64,000 nt of DNA from an uncultured Prevotellaceae bacterium (lineage in GTDB: Bacteria > Bacteroidota > Bacteroidia > Bacteroidales > Bacteroidaceae), in the NCBI GenBank assembly GCA_900318915.1, contig ONMI01000012.1:15515-79514 (forward strand). The letters run 5' to 3'. Under the pieces are notes generated by a model, which saw only the letters and a program-made list of their open reading frames with translations, was not told where the DNA came from and ran no database searches. The position numbers and the translations under genes are program-made. Of this stretch, positions 18,935-29,269 are shown one piece after another; positions within the stretch are counted from its first letter, which is position 1; each line of letters starts with the position of its first letter.

Positions 18935-19831
18935 TCACTTCTTCTTCTTCTTCACCGGTTCCATGTGCAGGGTGATGAGGGTGTCGGAGCCGAACCGCTC
19001 CTTCAGCCGGCGCTCGATGGCCGAGGCTGTCTCATGGGCCTCGTCGAGCGTGATGCCGCCGTCCATGCGGAGATGGGCCTCGATGGCGGTGCGTTGGCCT
19101 ATGTGGCGGGTGCGCAGGTGGTGCGGCTCACTCACACCGGGCATGGAGCAGATTATCTGCTCTATCTCAGCCTCTGTCTCGTCGGGCAGAGAGCCCTCGG
19201 TCAGTTCACCGATGCTCGTCTTGAGCAACTGCCATGCCACATGCAGCAGCATCAGGCCCACCACGACAGAGGCCAGCGGGTCGAGCACCGCCCAACGCTC
19301 CCCCAAAAGCAGGGCACCGCCTATGCCTATGGCGGCCGCTATCGACGAGAGGGCGTCGCTGCGGTGGTGCCAGGCGTTGGCCGTGAGTGCCTGCGACTGC
19401 AGCTTCTTTCCTTTGTGCAGCGTGTAGCGGTAGAGCAGTTCTTTGGACAGAATGGAAATCAGGGCGGCCCAAAGGGCCAACCGTCCCGGCTGCTCGAGGC
19501 GGCCGCCGTGCAGCCATTCGCTGAGCCGGAGCGAGCCGCTGATGACAATGCCTGTGGCGGCGGCCACCAACGCCAGTCCGATGAGGAAGGAGGCGATGGT
19601 CTCAAATTTGCCGTGCCCGTAGTCGTGGCTCTTGTCCTGCGGCTTGGCACTTATTTTCACGAAAACCACCACCACCAGGTCGGTCACGAAGTCCGACAAC
19701 GAGTGCACGGCGTCGGCCGTCATGGCTGCGCTATGACCCACCACGCCGGCGATGAACTTAAAGGTCATCAGCGCCACGTTTACGGCGCTGCCCGCCAGGG
19801 TGGTCTTGTAGATTTCGTTCTCTCTTGTCAT
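18935..19831 (-). CDS. Cation diffusion facilitator family transporter
   Basis: ADAVHSLSD, HDYGHGKFE, NAWHHRSD, C-terminal LHMEP. Confidence 0.93.
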   Translation of the reverse strand: MTRENEIYKTTLAGSAVNVALMTFKFIAGVVGHSAAMTADAVHSLSDFVTDLVVVVFVKISAKPQDKSHDYGHGKFETIASFLIGLALVAAATGIVISGSLRLSEWLHGGRLEQPGRLALWAALISILSKELLYRYTLHKGKKLQSQALTANAWHHRSDALSSIAAAIGIGGALLLGERWAVLDPLASVVVGLMLLHVAWQLLKTSIGELTEGSLPDETEAEIEQIICSMPGVSEPHHLRTRHIGQRTAIEAHLRMDGGITLDEAHETASAIERRLKERFGSDTLITLHMEPVKKKKK

Positions 19832-19910
19832 GATAAGTGGAGACGGCCCTTTGGTGGCTCCTCCGCCGCAAAAGTAACCAAATTATGCTGATTAAGCAAA
19901 AATATAACAA

Positions 19911-19942
19911 AAAAAGCCAATCTGTCGGCAGATTGGCTTTTC
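19911..19942 (-). terminator. Terminator after tRNA-Lys
   Basis: AAAAGCCAATCTG / CAGATTGGCTTTT inverted repeat. Confidence 0.75.
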
Positions 19943-19944
19943 TG

Positions 19945-20017
19945 TGATCCGCTTGGGGCTCGAACCCAAGACCCCAACATTAAAAGTGTTGTGCTCTACC
20001 AGCTGAGCTAGCGGATC
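19945..20017 (-). tRNA. tRNA-Lys(TTT)
   Basis: Reverse complement GATCCGCTAGCTCAGCTGGTAGAGCACAACACTTTTAATGTTGGGGTCTTGGGTTCGAGCCCCAAGCGGATCA; TACCTTTG promoter at 20041-20048. Confidence 0.95.
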
Positions 20018-20342
20018 ATTGCTCTCATCGAAAGCGGTTGCAAAGGTACTGCCTTTTTTCCATTCCACAAAATTTTGAGGAAAGTTTTTTAGTCAAAGGG
20101 CTAAAAAACGCATTTTTCCATGCGCTCGTGCCCATTTTCAGGACTTTTTTTGTGTTTCTGACCCTGCCGGAAAGGCTTGAATGACAAAAAATGGTTTCCC
20201 GAGCCCAGTTAGGCATACTCTTTGGTATGTTAACCGAAGGTTTGCTTTTTTGTCCCTTTTTATTTTTCAAAACCATAAATAAGTGTTATCTTTGCGGATA
20301 ATTTTTTAGTCAGTTACCTTTCAATCTAATTTTAAAAAACTT

Positions 20343-22355
20343 ATGAGGAAATTTTTACTTTCTGCAGCCTGCATGGCTGCTCTTTCGGTTTCTGCCCTGG
20401 CAGGACCCGTGAAATTCCACGTGGGCGAGGGTGCCACTACCTCCACCGTGCAAAACTTCCTGAACGCTAAAAACATCTCCGTCGACCAATTGCAGGCCGT
20501 GCCCGGTCCGCGCAGGGTGGAGATTGGTCCCAACGTGCAGGTGAACGTGCTGCTCAGCGAAGACTTCTCCAAGTTCACCGCTGGTTCTGAGGAAGCCCCC
20601 GACGGCACCGATGTGATGCTGTTGGAGAATGTAGACGACTATTTCAACGCCCCCGGATGGGATGGTGTGGAGGTGTACCAGGCAGGCGGCAAAGCCTATC
20701 TCGGACTCGGTGTCGACTCGAAGGGGGAGCCCAACCCCGGTTACCTGATGACCCCCAATGTCGACCTGACCCAGAACCAGGGCGTGTACCGCGCCAAGTT
20801 CCGCATCAAGAATGCCAACGAGAATGCCATGAGTCAGGGCATGCAGTACTTTGTGCTCAACAACGACCCCGACAACCGTGGCATGATGCTCGCCTCGACT
20901 CTCCCCATGAACGGTGAGGAGTACAGCGACGTGGAGGTGGTCGGCGGCAAAGGCGTTGCACAGACCGCCATCATGTTCTTCGCGTGGAGTGGCAAGATGT
21001 TCGTCGATGAGATGTCGCTCGAAGAACTCATCTTCCCCCTCAATGTGCCGCAGAATATCAATATGCAGTTGGCCAGCGCCAACTCCATCCGATGCTCGTG
21101 GGACGCTGTGGAAGGCGCCACGTCTTATCTGGTGCAATGGGTGCAGGGCGACCGTGAGATAGCCACCGCCACCACTGAGGGTACCGAACTGGTGCTCAGC
21201 GGCGATTTCGAGGCCGGCAGCATGATGGGCATCTATGTGACCGCCCTCAACGGCGACGACACTTCTTATCCCGGTCTCTACTTTGCCGAACTGCTGCCCG
21301 AAGAGGTGGGCGCTCCGCTCGCCCTCGAGGCTACCAACGTGACGGAGAACGGTTTCACCGCCAACTGGGAGGCCGCTCCTTTCGCCGCCAGCTACACCCT
21401 CTACCTGAACCGCGCCCATGAGGTGACCGAGGACGGCGAGGTGATGACTTATATGGACGAGGACTTCAGCGAGATTCCCATCGAGAGCTCCGACGACTCG
21501 CGCAGCACCGTCATGACCACCACCGGTCAGCCCATCACCCTCGACGACTATATCGCCTATCCCGGATGGTCGGTCTTCCTGGCCTCTGTCTTCAAGGGCG
21601 TGCTCGCCATCACCAACCTCTATGAGGCCTACGGATTTCCCGGCGTGCTCATCGGACCGGTCGACGACTACTCGCTCGGCGGCGGAAAGGTGAAGATTAC
21701 CGGCACGGCCTTCACACAGGTGGACGACGCTGTGGTGAAAGTGGGCTTCGGCACACTCGGTGTCGACCCCGCCACCTGGAAAATGACCGTCAACTACGAC
21801 GAGGGCGCCAAGGAGGTGGAGATTGCCACCCTGCCCGCAGGTTCCGCTTTCGAGGTGGAGCTGGAAGGCGGCGCTGCCGACAAGCAGATTATCTTCCAGA
21901 TTACCGATGCCGCCGAGGGTGGCGACCTGGTGGCCTTCACCAGCCTCAATATCAGCACCGAGCTGAAAAAGGGCGATGTGAGCAAGGGCCTCTATGCCTC
22001 ATATACCATCCCGGCCGGCGCCACTTCCTACAATGTGGAGGTGCCTTTCGCACCCACCGATGTCTATGAATACTACCTGGTGGGCTCCTTCGCCTCCATG
22101 AAGGGTGAGCAGTCGAACGTCATCACCGTGAAGCGGACCGACGCCATCCAGCAGGTGGCCGCAGCGGCTGGCCGTGTGGCTCTGACTGGCAACGGCATCG
22201 TGGTGAACAATCCCGAGGGTGCCCAGGTGAGCGTCTTCGCCGCCGACGGCACACAGATGGCACGCACCAGCACGGCAGCCCAGGTGAACGTGGCCCTGGC
22301 TCATGGCGCCTACATCGTGCGCATCGGCAACAATACCTTTAAAGTGGTGAAATAA
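20343..22355 (+). CDS. T9SS-secreted protein with fibronectin type III-like domains
   Basis: Signal peptide; SWDAVEGATSY and FTANW...SYTL Fn3 motifs; GAYIVRIGNNTFKVVK tail; TATCTTTG promoter at 20287-20294. Confidence 0.75.
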   Translation: MRKFLLSAACMAALSVSALAGPVKFHVGEGATTSTVQNFLNAKNISVDQLQAVPGPRRVEIGPNVQVNVLLSEDFSKFTAGSEEAPDGTDVMLLENVDDYFNAPGWDGVEVYQAGGKAYLGLGVDSKGEPNPGYLMTPNVDLTQNQGVYRAKFRIKNANENAMSQGMQYFVLNNDPDNRGMMLASTLPMNGEEYSDVEVVGGKGVAQTAIMFFAWSGKMFVDEMSLEELIFPLNVPQNINMQLASANSIRCSWDAVEGATSYLVQWVQGDREIATATTEGTELVLSGDFEAGSMMGIYVTALNGDDTSYPGLYFAELLPEEVGAPLALEATNVTENGFTANWEAAPFAASYTLYLNRAHEVTEDGEVMTYMDEDFSEIPIESSDDSRSTVMTTTGQPITLDDYIAYPGWSVFLASVFKGVLAITNLYEAYGFPGVLIGPVDDYSLGGGKVKITGTAFTQVDDAVVKVGFGTLGVDPATWKMTVNYDEGAKEVEIATLPAGSAFEVELEGGAADKQIIFQITDAAEGGDLVAFTSLNISTELKKGDVSKGLYASYTIPAGATSYNVEVPFAPTDVYEYYLVGSFASMKGEQSNVITVKRTDAIQQVAAAAGRVALTGNGIVVNNPEGAQVSVFAADGTQMARTSTAAQVNVALAHGAYIVRIGNNTFKVVK

Positions 22356-22380
22356 ATACGGATTTAAATTTTGGGAGAAT

Positions 22381-24195
22381 ATGCGAAAACATATTTTTCT
22401 GACAATGGCCGCGTGTGTCCTGCTCGCCCTCATGGGCGGCACGGCACACGCCGCCTCGGTCATAGAAGGACTCTGTGACGGGCAGCTCGGCGACCCCGCC
22501 AAGGGAAAAAGCAAACCGGGCAGCGGCACCATATCGGCGGCCACCATCTTTCCCAAAGAAATGCTTGCTCCCTACAGCGGCATGAAAATCACCCGCATCA
22601 GGGTGGGGCTGGCCCTCGGCTACGGATTGACAGACCTCAGAGGATGGGTGCGCACAGCACTCGATGCCGACAACCTGGCCACCGCCGCCATCACCGCGCC
22701 ACAGGTGGGATGGAATGAGGTGGCTTTCGACACGCCGGTCACCATCCCCGCCGAAACCGACCTCGTGTTCGGCTACTCGTTCGAGCAGACAAAGTCGTGC
22801 AAGTGTATCTCTGTGGCCGGACCCGACGAACTGGAAGGCTTCGCACCGGCCGCCGACGGCTTCTGGCTCTGCAAGAACGGCGCCTGGGAGAACCGCTCAG
22901 CCGACAACTTCGGGTCGGTGTGCGTGGAAGTGGTGATTGAAGACGAGAGCCTGCCGCAGAAAGACCTGGCCGTCGTGGCGGCCACCATCGCCCGCCCGCA
23001 GGTGCGCTACGGCGATACCTTCCAAGTCGACTTCACCGTGCGCAACAAGGCCATGGAGCCGGTGAGCGGCGCCAGCTACACGGTGAGCGTAGAGGGCCAT
23101 GAGGTGGCCCGCTTCACCAGCGACACCTCGCTGAGCCACCGCCAGCAGGAATCTTTCTCCTGCCAGGTGAACTCCGACTTGGTGCCCCTCGGACTGAACC
23201 ATACCGTCACCGTGGAGGCCGCGCTCGAAGGCGATGAGCGCACCGGCAACAATACGGCCACCGCGCTCTTCTCCACCTACGAGACTTCCTATGAGCACAA
23301 ACTGCTCATCGAGGAGTTCTCCACCGAGGAGTGCCCCAACTGCCCCCGCGCCATCGAGACCTTCGCCACGCTCATGGAGGAGGGATTCGAAGAGAAGACG
23401 GTGAGCGTGGTGCATCATGTGGGTTTCTACACCGACTGGCTCACCGTTGATGACGATGTGGCCTACACCTGGTTCTACGGCATAGACGGCACCTTCGCAC
23501 CCGCTGCCATGTACGACCGCAGGCCCTTCACCGACTATGGCGGCTCCAACGGCAGCAGCGGCATGGGGGTGGTGCCCGTCACACAGGTGGCCTATCCCGA
23601 CAATGTGCGGCCGCAGCTCGAGGCGGCCCTCGCTTTCCCGGCTTTCGTCAGTGTGGCGCCTACCCTCAGCTACAATGCCGACACACGGCAGATGGACGTC
23701 ACCGTGAGGATGGAGAAACAGGACATCTTCGACACCCAGTGCGCTGAACCTCGGCTCACCGTCTTCGTGGTAGAAGACAGCATCCTCCACCACCACCAGG
23801 CCGGCTACAGTTCCTCCACCTTCCACCACCGCCATGTGAACCGCGGACATCTCTCCGATGTGTGGGGCGACCCCGTGACCTTCACCGACGGCACCGCCGA
23901 GCGCACCTACAGCATCACGCTGCCTGAACTGTGGAATGCGCATCATGTGGGGGTGGTCGCATTTGTGAACAACAGAGATGAGGACAACCGCAACAACAAC
24001 ATCGTCTTTAATGCAGCCCATGCCACCGTTAAGGACTTCGAGCTCGGTGTAGAGGATGCCGTGCAGGACGCCCGACCCGTCAGCGTGAGCTATTACACCG
24101 TGGACGGTGTGCGCACCGGCGCCCCCAAAGGCCTCTCCATCCGGGTGGCCCGCTATGCCGACGGCACCATACGCACCGACAAGGCGGTGAGATAA
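22381..24195 (+). CDS. Omp28-related outer-membrane/T9SS protein with thioredoxin-like CxxC
   Basis: LLIEEFSTEECPNCP, APAAMYDR, HxHVxR, VVAFV; YYTVDG...tail. Confidence 0.85.
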   Translation: MRKHIFLTMAACVLLALMGGTAHAASVIEGLCDGQLGDPAKGKSKPGSGTISAATIFPKEMLAPYSGMKITRIRVGLALGYGLTDLRGWVRTALDADNLATAAITAPQVGWNEVAFDTPVTIPAETDLVFGYSFEQTKSCKCISVAGPDELEGFAPAADGFWLCKNGAWENRSADNFGSVCVEVVIEDESLPQKDLAVVAATIARPQVRYGDTFQVDFTVRNKAMEPVSGASYTVSVEGHEVARFTSDTSLSHRQQESFSCQVNSDLVPLGLNHTVTVEAALEGDERTGNNTATALFSTYETSYEHKLLIEEFSTEECPNCPRAIETFATLMEEGFEEKTVSVVHHVGFYTDWLTVDDDVAYTWFYGIDGTFAPAAMYDRRPFTDYGGSNGSSGMGVVPVTQVAYPDNVRPQLEAALAFPAFVSVAPTLSYNADTRQMDVTVRMEKQDIFDTQCAEPRLTVFVVEDSILHHHQAGYSSSTFHHRHVNRGHLSDVWGDPVTFTDGTAERTYSITLPELWNAHHVGVVAFVNNRDEDNRNNNIVFNAAHATVKDFELGVEDAVQDARPVSVSYYTVDGVRTGAPKGLSIRVARYADGTIRTDKAVR

Positions 24196-24229
24196 CCTCT
24201 TTGTTCAAAAAATAAATTCTTTCAAGACC

Positions 24230-25138
24230 ATGCGACGCAATTATCTCCTTACCCTCCTCCTGGCATTTCTTGTGCTCACACTGCCTACGGCCTGCCGCAA
24301 AAAGACGGCCGACGAGGACCCCACCGCACAAAACGGACTGCTCTACCAATCGCAAAAACCTTCGGCCGACAGTAGGGTGGAGGTGCGGCGTCCGCACAGC
24401 CTTGAGATACCGGCAGCCATCCGCACACAGTCGGAGATACTTATCACCCGAAGGGGATACACCGTGTCGTACAACAAAGACTGGCGTATCCCCAACTGGG
24501 TGGCATGGCACCTCACCGCCGCCCACTCACGCGGTGAGCACAAACGCTACAACATGGTGTTCACAGAAGACAACACCGTGCCCGCACCACGCGCCACCGA
24601 CAACGACTACTACAACTCGCGCTACGACCGCGGTCACATGTGCCCCTCGGGCGACAACCAGTGGGACGCCAAGGCACAGGAGGAGTCGTTCCTCTTCACC
24701 AATATCTGCCCACAGAACCACGGCCTGAACCAGGGCGACTGGAACGACCTGGAGATACAGTGCCGCTACTGGGCCCGGCAGTACGGCGACATCTATATTG
24801 TGGCGGGCCCCGTCTTCTATAAGGGCGTGCAGAAAACCATCGGACGCAACAAGGTGGCGGTGCCCGACGCCTTCTTCAAGGTCATACTGGCCGACAAACG
24901 CAAGTCGAATGCCATCGGATTCGTCATGCCCAACAATGGCAAGCACCGCAACATGAAAGAGTATGTGCGCTCTATCGACGAGATAGAAAGTCTCACCGGC
25001 ATCGATTTCTTCCCCCTGCTCGACGACAAGGTGGAACAGACCGTCGAAGACCAGCGGCACAGAGACTTGATAGAGGAATGGAAAGTGTGGAAAATCAAAC
25101 ACTACGAATTCAAAGACGACGACCGCCGGAAATACTAA
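24230..25138 (+). CDS. DNA/RNA non-specific endonuclease (NucA/EndoG family), probable lipoprotein
   Basis: YDRGHMCP, FTNICPQ, LNQGDW, VAVPDAFFKV; lipobox LPTAC. Confidence 0.92.
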   Translation: MRRNYLLTLLLAFLVLTLPTACRKKTADEDPTAQNGLLYQSQKPSADSRVEVRRPHSLEIPAAIRTQSEILITRRGYTVSYNKDWRIPNWVAWHLTAAHSRGEHKRYNMVFTEDNTVPAPRATDNDYYNSRYDRGHMCPSGDNQWDAKAQEESFLFTNICPQNHGLNQGDWNDLEIQCRYWARQYGDIYIVAGPVFYKGVQKTIGRNKVAVPDAFFKVILADKRKSNAIGFVMPNNGKHRNMKEYVRSIDEIESLTGIDFFPLLDDKVEQTVEDQRHRDLIEEWKVWKIKHYEFKDDDRRKY

Positions 25139-25216
25139 AAAATAGTTAAACACCCAAGCGGCAGTTGCACCGCCGCCAAAAAAAGCGTATCTTTGCATCC
25201 TTAAAACCATTTAAGC

Positions 25217-26002
25217 GTGAAGATAAGACAAGTGCTCGATGCCCTTGAACAATTCGCGCCTCTGCCACTGCAGGAAGACTTCGACAATGCCGGCCTGCAG
25301 GTAGGACTGACAGAGGCGGAGGTGTCAGGGGCTTTATTGTGTCTCGACATTACACCCGACATCATCCGTGAGGCCGTAAGTCTCAACTGCAATCTCATCG
25401 TGTCGCACCATCCCCTTATCTTCCATCCCCTGAAAAGAGTCGTCGGCGCCGACGATGTGCAGCAGTGCGTGATGGAGGCCATACGGAGGGGCATCACCAT
25501 CGTGTCCATGCACACCAACATGGACAATGCTGTGGGGGGCGTCAACTATAAGATTGCCGAGAAAATGGGCCTCACACAGGTGGAGCTCCTGCAGCCGCGC
25601 ACCGTGGGAGATATCCTCTGTGGAAGCGGGGTCGTGGGCACACTGTCGAAGCCCATGGCGGCTGCCGACTTCATCAGCCTGCTCAAGCGGCAGTTTGGCG
25701 TGCAGTGCGTTATGGCCAACCAGCTGCTGCAGCGGCCGCTTGCCAAGGTGGCGCTCTGCGGTGGAGCAGGCGACTTCCTCCTGCCCGACGCCATCGCAGC
25801 CGGTGCTGATGCCTTCGTGACCGGCGAGATGCACTACCACCAGTATTTCGGTCACGACCAGCAGATTCAAATCTGTGTCATCGGCCACTACCAGAGCGAG
25901 CAGTTCACCTCCGAGATCTTCCGCGACATCATCCAGCGCGAGTGCCCGGGAGTGACCTGCCATATCGCACAGACCCCTACGAATCCAATCATTTATCTAT
26001 AA
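25217..26002 (+). CDS. Nif3-like dinuclear metal-center protein
   Basis: QEDFDNAGL, SHHPLIF, HTNMD, GHYQSE. Confidence 0.92.
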   Translation: MKIRQVLDALEQFAPLPLQEDFDNAGLQVGLTEAEVSGALLCLDITPDIIREAVSLNCNLIVSHHPLIFHPLKRVVGADDVQQCVMEAIRRGITIVSMHTNMDNAVGGVNYKIAEKMGLTQVELLQPRTVGDILCGSGVVGTLSKPMAAADFISLLKRQFGVQCVMANQLLQRPLAKVALCGGAGDFLLPDAIAAGADAFVTGEMHYHQYFGHDQQIQICVIGHYQSEQFTSEIFRDIIQRECPGVTCHIAQTPTNPIIYL

Positions 26003-26011
26003 TACAACATT

Positions 26012-26845
26012 ATGGCAAAGAAAGATCTTACAGATTTGTCGGTTGAGGAGAGACTCGTCAACCTTTACCAACTGCAGACCACCCTTTCGGCTATCGACGA
26101 GAAAAGAGCTCTTCGTGGCGAACTTCCCCTCGAGGTGAGCGACTTGGAGGATGAGCTCGAAGGACTGGCCACACGTATCGAGAAAATCAATACGGACATT
26201 CAGGACTTCAAGAATGCCATCGCTCAGAAAAACAATGAGATAGTACAGGCTCAGACCACCGTCGACCGCTACAAGAAACAGCTCGACGATGTGCGCAACA
26301 ACCGTGAGTACGACACGCTCAACAAGGAGATTGAGTTTCAGACTCTCGAGATACAGCTGTGCGAGAAGAAAATACGCGAGGCTGAGACTAAGATTGCCGA
26401 GAAGGAGGAAGACCTGAAGAATGCCCAGGCGCTCGTGGTCGACCGCCAGGAGGCCCTGACCGAGAAGAAGAGCGAGCTCACTGAGATTATGCAGGAAACC
26501 AAAGAGGTGGAAGAAAAGCTCCGCGAGAAAGCCAAAGACCTCGAAACCCGCATTGAGCCGCGCCTGCTCACCAGTTTCAAGCGCATCCGCAAGAATGCAC
26601 GCAATGGCCTCGGTATCGTCTATGTGCAGCGCGATGCCTGTGGCGGCTGCTTCAACAAGATTCCGCCGCAGCGTCAGCTCGACATCAAGATGCACAAGAA
26701 AATCATCGTGTGCGAGTATTGCGGTCGCATCATGATCGACCCCGAACTGGCCGGCGTGAAACCCGTTGCCGACCCGGCTGTTGAGACCAAGAAGCCAAGG
26801 AGGGCGTCGTCCAGAGCCAAAAAGACTCCCAAAGCTGAGGAGTAA
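26012..26845 (+). CDS. Coiled-coil protein with C4-type zinc ribbon (CT398/HP0958 family)
   Basis: Long coiled coil, CGGC...CEYC; the usual neighbour of Nif3. Confidence 0.9.
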   Translation: MAKKDLTDLSVEERLVNLYQLQTTLSAIDEKRALRGELPLEVSDLEDELEGLATRIEKINTDIQDFKNAIAQKNNEIVQAQTTVDRYKKQLDDVRNNREYDTLNKEIEFQTLEIQLCEKKIREAETKIAEKEEDLKNAQALVVDRQEALTEKKSELTEIMQETKEVEEKLREKAKDLETRIEPRLLTSFKRIRKNARNGLGIVYVQRDACGGCFNKIPPQRQLDIKMHKKIIVCEYCGRIMIDPELAGVKPVADPAVETKKPRRASSRAKKTPKAEE

Positions 26846-26874
26846 ATCCTTTTTAGGAGTTTAAGAGTATAGGA

Positions 26875-26916
26875 GTGCAGGAGTATAGACGTATGCTCCT
26901 GCACTTTTATCTTTTT
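26875..26916 (+). terminator. Intrinsic terminator
   Basis: AGTGCAGGAGTATA / TATGCTCCTGCACT hairpin followed by TTTATCTTTTT. Confidence 0.65.
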
Positions 26917-26925
26917 ATAATGTTT

Positions 26926-27096
26926 AACCCGAATCGGTCATTAGGATTGATGTCAGTACTGTATTTGTTTTAGGCAGATTGTGCACATCGATATCGAAGG
27001 CGTAGCGGGCTACGTCGAGAAATACAGGAATGGCATTCAATAGACTGAAAAAACATAAGAACATAAAGATTGTCGGCCTAATGACCGATTTGGGTT
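26926..27096. mobile_element. MITE-like non-autonomous element (~171 bp) with 20-bp terminal inverted repeats
   Basis: AACCCGAATCGGTCATTAGG (26926-26945) vs CCTAATGACCGATTTGGGTT (27077-27096), 19/20 complementary; non-coding; T/A-rich flanks; sits between convergent genes. Confidence 0.65.
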
Positions 27097-27127
27097 TAAT
27101 AAGAAGGTAATGTCTACACTCCTAAAA

Positions 27128-27850
27128 TCATTTCCCGATAAATTTCGACTCGAGGTAGGCGTTGAAGGCATCGCGGTACATGTCGCCGATGGGCAGGTAG
27201 GTGTCGGCATCCATGATTACGCGGTTTTTGTTCACTTCCTGTATCTTCTTCAGATTGATGATGTAAGAGCGGTGAATGCGCATGAAGGGGCCGCTCTTCA
27301 GCCGCTCTTCCATCTTTTTCATGCTCAGCAGCACGGTGATGGGCTTGAGCGGTTTGTCGAGATAGATTTTCAGATACTCGCTCATGCCCTCTAAGTAGCG
27401 TATGCTGCCCGTCTCTATGCGCACCACGCGGTGCTCCGTCTTCAGGTAGAGTTCGCCGTCATCGGTGGGCTCGGAGAGGATGGCGGTGTTCTGCAGGTCA
27501 TACTGCTTCTTCACTTTGTTGGCCGCGCGCAGCATGTCGTCCATGCCGAAGGGTTTCAGCAGGTAGTCCACGGCGTCCACTTTGTAACCCTCCACGGCAT
27601 ATTCAGAGTAGGCGGTGGTGAACACGATGAGCGGTGGCACGGAGAGCGACTTTACAAACTCCATGCCGTTGAGGTCGGGCATGTTGATGTCAATGAACAG
27701 AGCGTCTACATCCGTTTCCTCCATCAGCTGGCGGGCGTCGAGCGCACTTTGGCAGCTCCCCACCAGTTGCAGGAAGGGTATTCTTTCTATGTAGGCGGCC
27801 AACTGCCGCAGAGCGAGGGGCTCGTCGTCGATGGCAAGGCATCTTATCAT
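27128..27850 (-). CDS. LytTR-family response regulator
   Basis: IDDEPLA, FIDINMPD, TTAY, DYLLKP, FMRIHRSYIIN. Confidence 0.95.
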   Translation of the reverse strand: MIRCLAIDDEPLALRQLAAYIERIPFLQLVGSCQSALDARQLMEETDVDALFIDINMPDLNGMEFVKSLSVPPLIVFTTAYSEYAVEGYKVDAVDYLLKPFGMDDMLRAANKVKKQYDLQNTAILSEPTDDGELYLKTEHRVVRIETGSIRYLEGMSEYLKIYLDKPLKPITVLLSMKKMEERLKSGPFMRIHRSYIINLKKIQEVNKNRVIMDADTYLPIGDMYRDAFNAYLESKFIGK

Positions 27851-27890
27851 GGTCTTTTCTTTTTAGGTGTTGTCTGTGATGGTTGGAAGG

Positions 27891-29144
27891 TCAGTCGTAG
27901 GTGGGGAAGTCGAGATGCACCTCATAGCGGTCGGCGCTCTCGTCTGTCTGCAGCGTATAGTCTTTGCCGAAGAGCAGTTGCAGTCTTTCGCGCACATTGC
28001 GCAGTCCCACTCCGCCGTGCTCCGTCTGTTCGTTGTCCTGCCGGCTGTTGATGCAGTCGAAGTAGAGTCTTCCTTCGCTGTGGCGCAGCCTTATGTCGAT
28101 AAACGAAGCGTTGCGGTAGCTCACCCCGTGCTTGAAGGCGTTTTCCACAAAGGTAATCAGTATCATGGGTGGCACTTTCCGGTCGGGCAGGTCGGGGGCG
28201 ACGGTCATGTCTATTCTTACACGCTCGGTGTAGCGCAGCCGCATCAGCGTGACGTAGTTTTGCAGGAAGCCTACCTCTCTGAGCAGCGGCACTCTGTCTT
28301 TCGCCCCTTCATAGAGCACGTAGCGCATCAGCTTGGAGAGTTCCAGAATGGTCGTCTTGGCCTGTTCTGGGTCTATGTCCACGAGCGCATGTATGTTGTT
28401 GAGCGTGTTCATGAAGAAGTGGGGGTTCACCTGGTATTTCAGATACTCCAGTTGCTGTTCCAGATGGGCCCTTTGCAGCGCCTCCATCTTCTTGGCCTCC
28501 AGACGGCTCTTGAAAAAACTCTTGATGCCTAAGTTCAGCCCCAGCATGAGCATCATTACCAGCATGGGCATCACGGGGCCGCTGTGGTCCATCAGCGGTG
28601 GGTGGTTCTTGTCCATCCCTTCATGCCGGCCGTCACCGTCGTGGGGTGGGGGCGGCGGCCCCTGCAGGGTGTTGTCGCCATCGGTCTGGGGCATGGGGTG
28701 CTCACCGTCGGCCGGAGGCATGGGGTGCATGTCTCCCTGATGTGGCTGGGCTGGCCCGTCCTTGGCCTGTGGAAGGGGTCGCCCGTCCTGTGCGTGGGGC
28801 GGGGCGGGTGCCGCTGTCCACTGTGGCCTGGCTCCTTCGTCCATGGGTCTGGGCCGGTGTTGGCACTCATAGAGTTGGAATATCACCAGCAGGGCCAGTG
28901 TGAGCGTCAGGTAGAGCACCGTCTTGTGGTTGTATATCAGCAGGCGTGCCATCAAGTAGTTGTGCAGCACGAAGACCAGCAGAAAGGGCACCATCATCCG
29001 CCAGGAGTCGAACACCTCGTTCCAGGAAAACTGTATGTCCGTGTCGGTCGACATGCGTATGAGCAGACTGATGATGGGGGTGAGCAGGAGCATGAACCAG
29101 ATGCCTGCATACACCAGGTTCTCCATTATCTCATTCCTTTTCAT
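27891..29144 (-). CDS. LytS-type sensor histidine kinase
   Basis: LKYQVNPHFFMNTLNNI, VENAFKHG, GGVGLRN; N-terminal TM helices and a Pro/His/Gly-rich loop. Confidence 0.92.
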   Translation of the reverse strand: MKRNEIMENLVYAGIWFMLLLTPIISLLIRMSTDTDIQFSWNEVFDSWRMMVPFLLVFVLHNYLMARLLIYNHKTVLYLTLTLALLVIFQLYECQHRPRPMDEGARPQWTAAPAPPHAQDGRPLPQAKDGPAQPHQGDMHPMPPADGEHPMPQTDGDNTLQGPPPPPHDGDGRHEGMDKNHPPLMDHSGPVMPMLVMMLMLGLNLGIKSFFKSRLEAKKMEALQRAHLEQQLEYLKYQVNPHFFMNTLNNIHALVDIDPEQAKTTILELSKLMRYVLYEGAKDRVPLLREVGFLQNYVTLMRLRYTERVRIDMTVAPDLPDRKVPPMILITFVENAFKHGVSYRNASFIDIRLRHSEGRLYFDCINSRQDNEQTEHGGVGLRNVRERLQLLFGKDYTLQTDESADRYEVHLDFPTYD

Positions 29145-29269
29145 GGTCGCAGCGGGTGTAGAAGTATTTCATAAGCGGTTTCTGTTAAATTTGGATATGG
29201 TGGTGGGTGAAACCGGCCGCTCCGCAGAATACGCTCCATGCGGGGCGGCCGGTCGGTGTGTGGGCGGTG

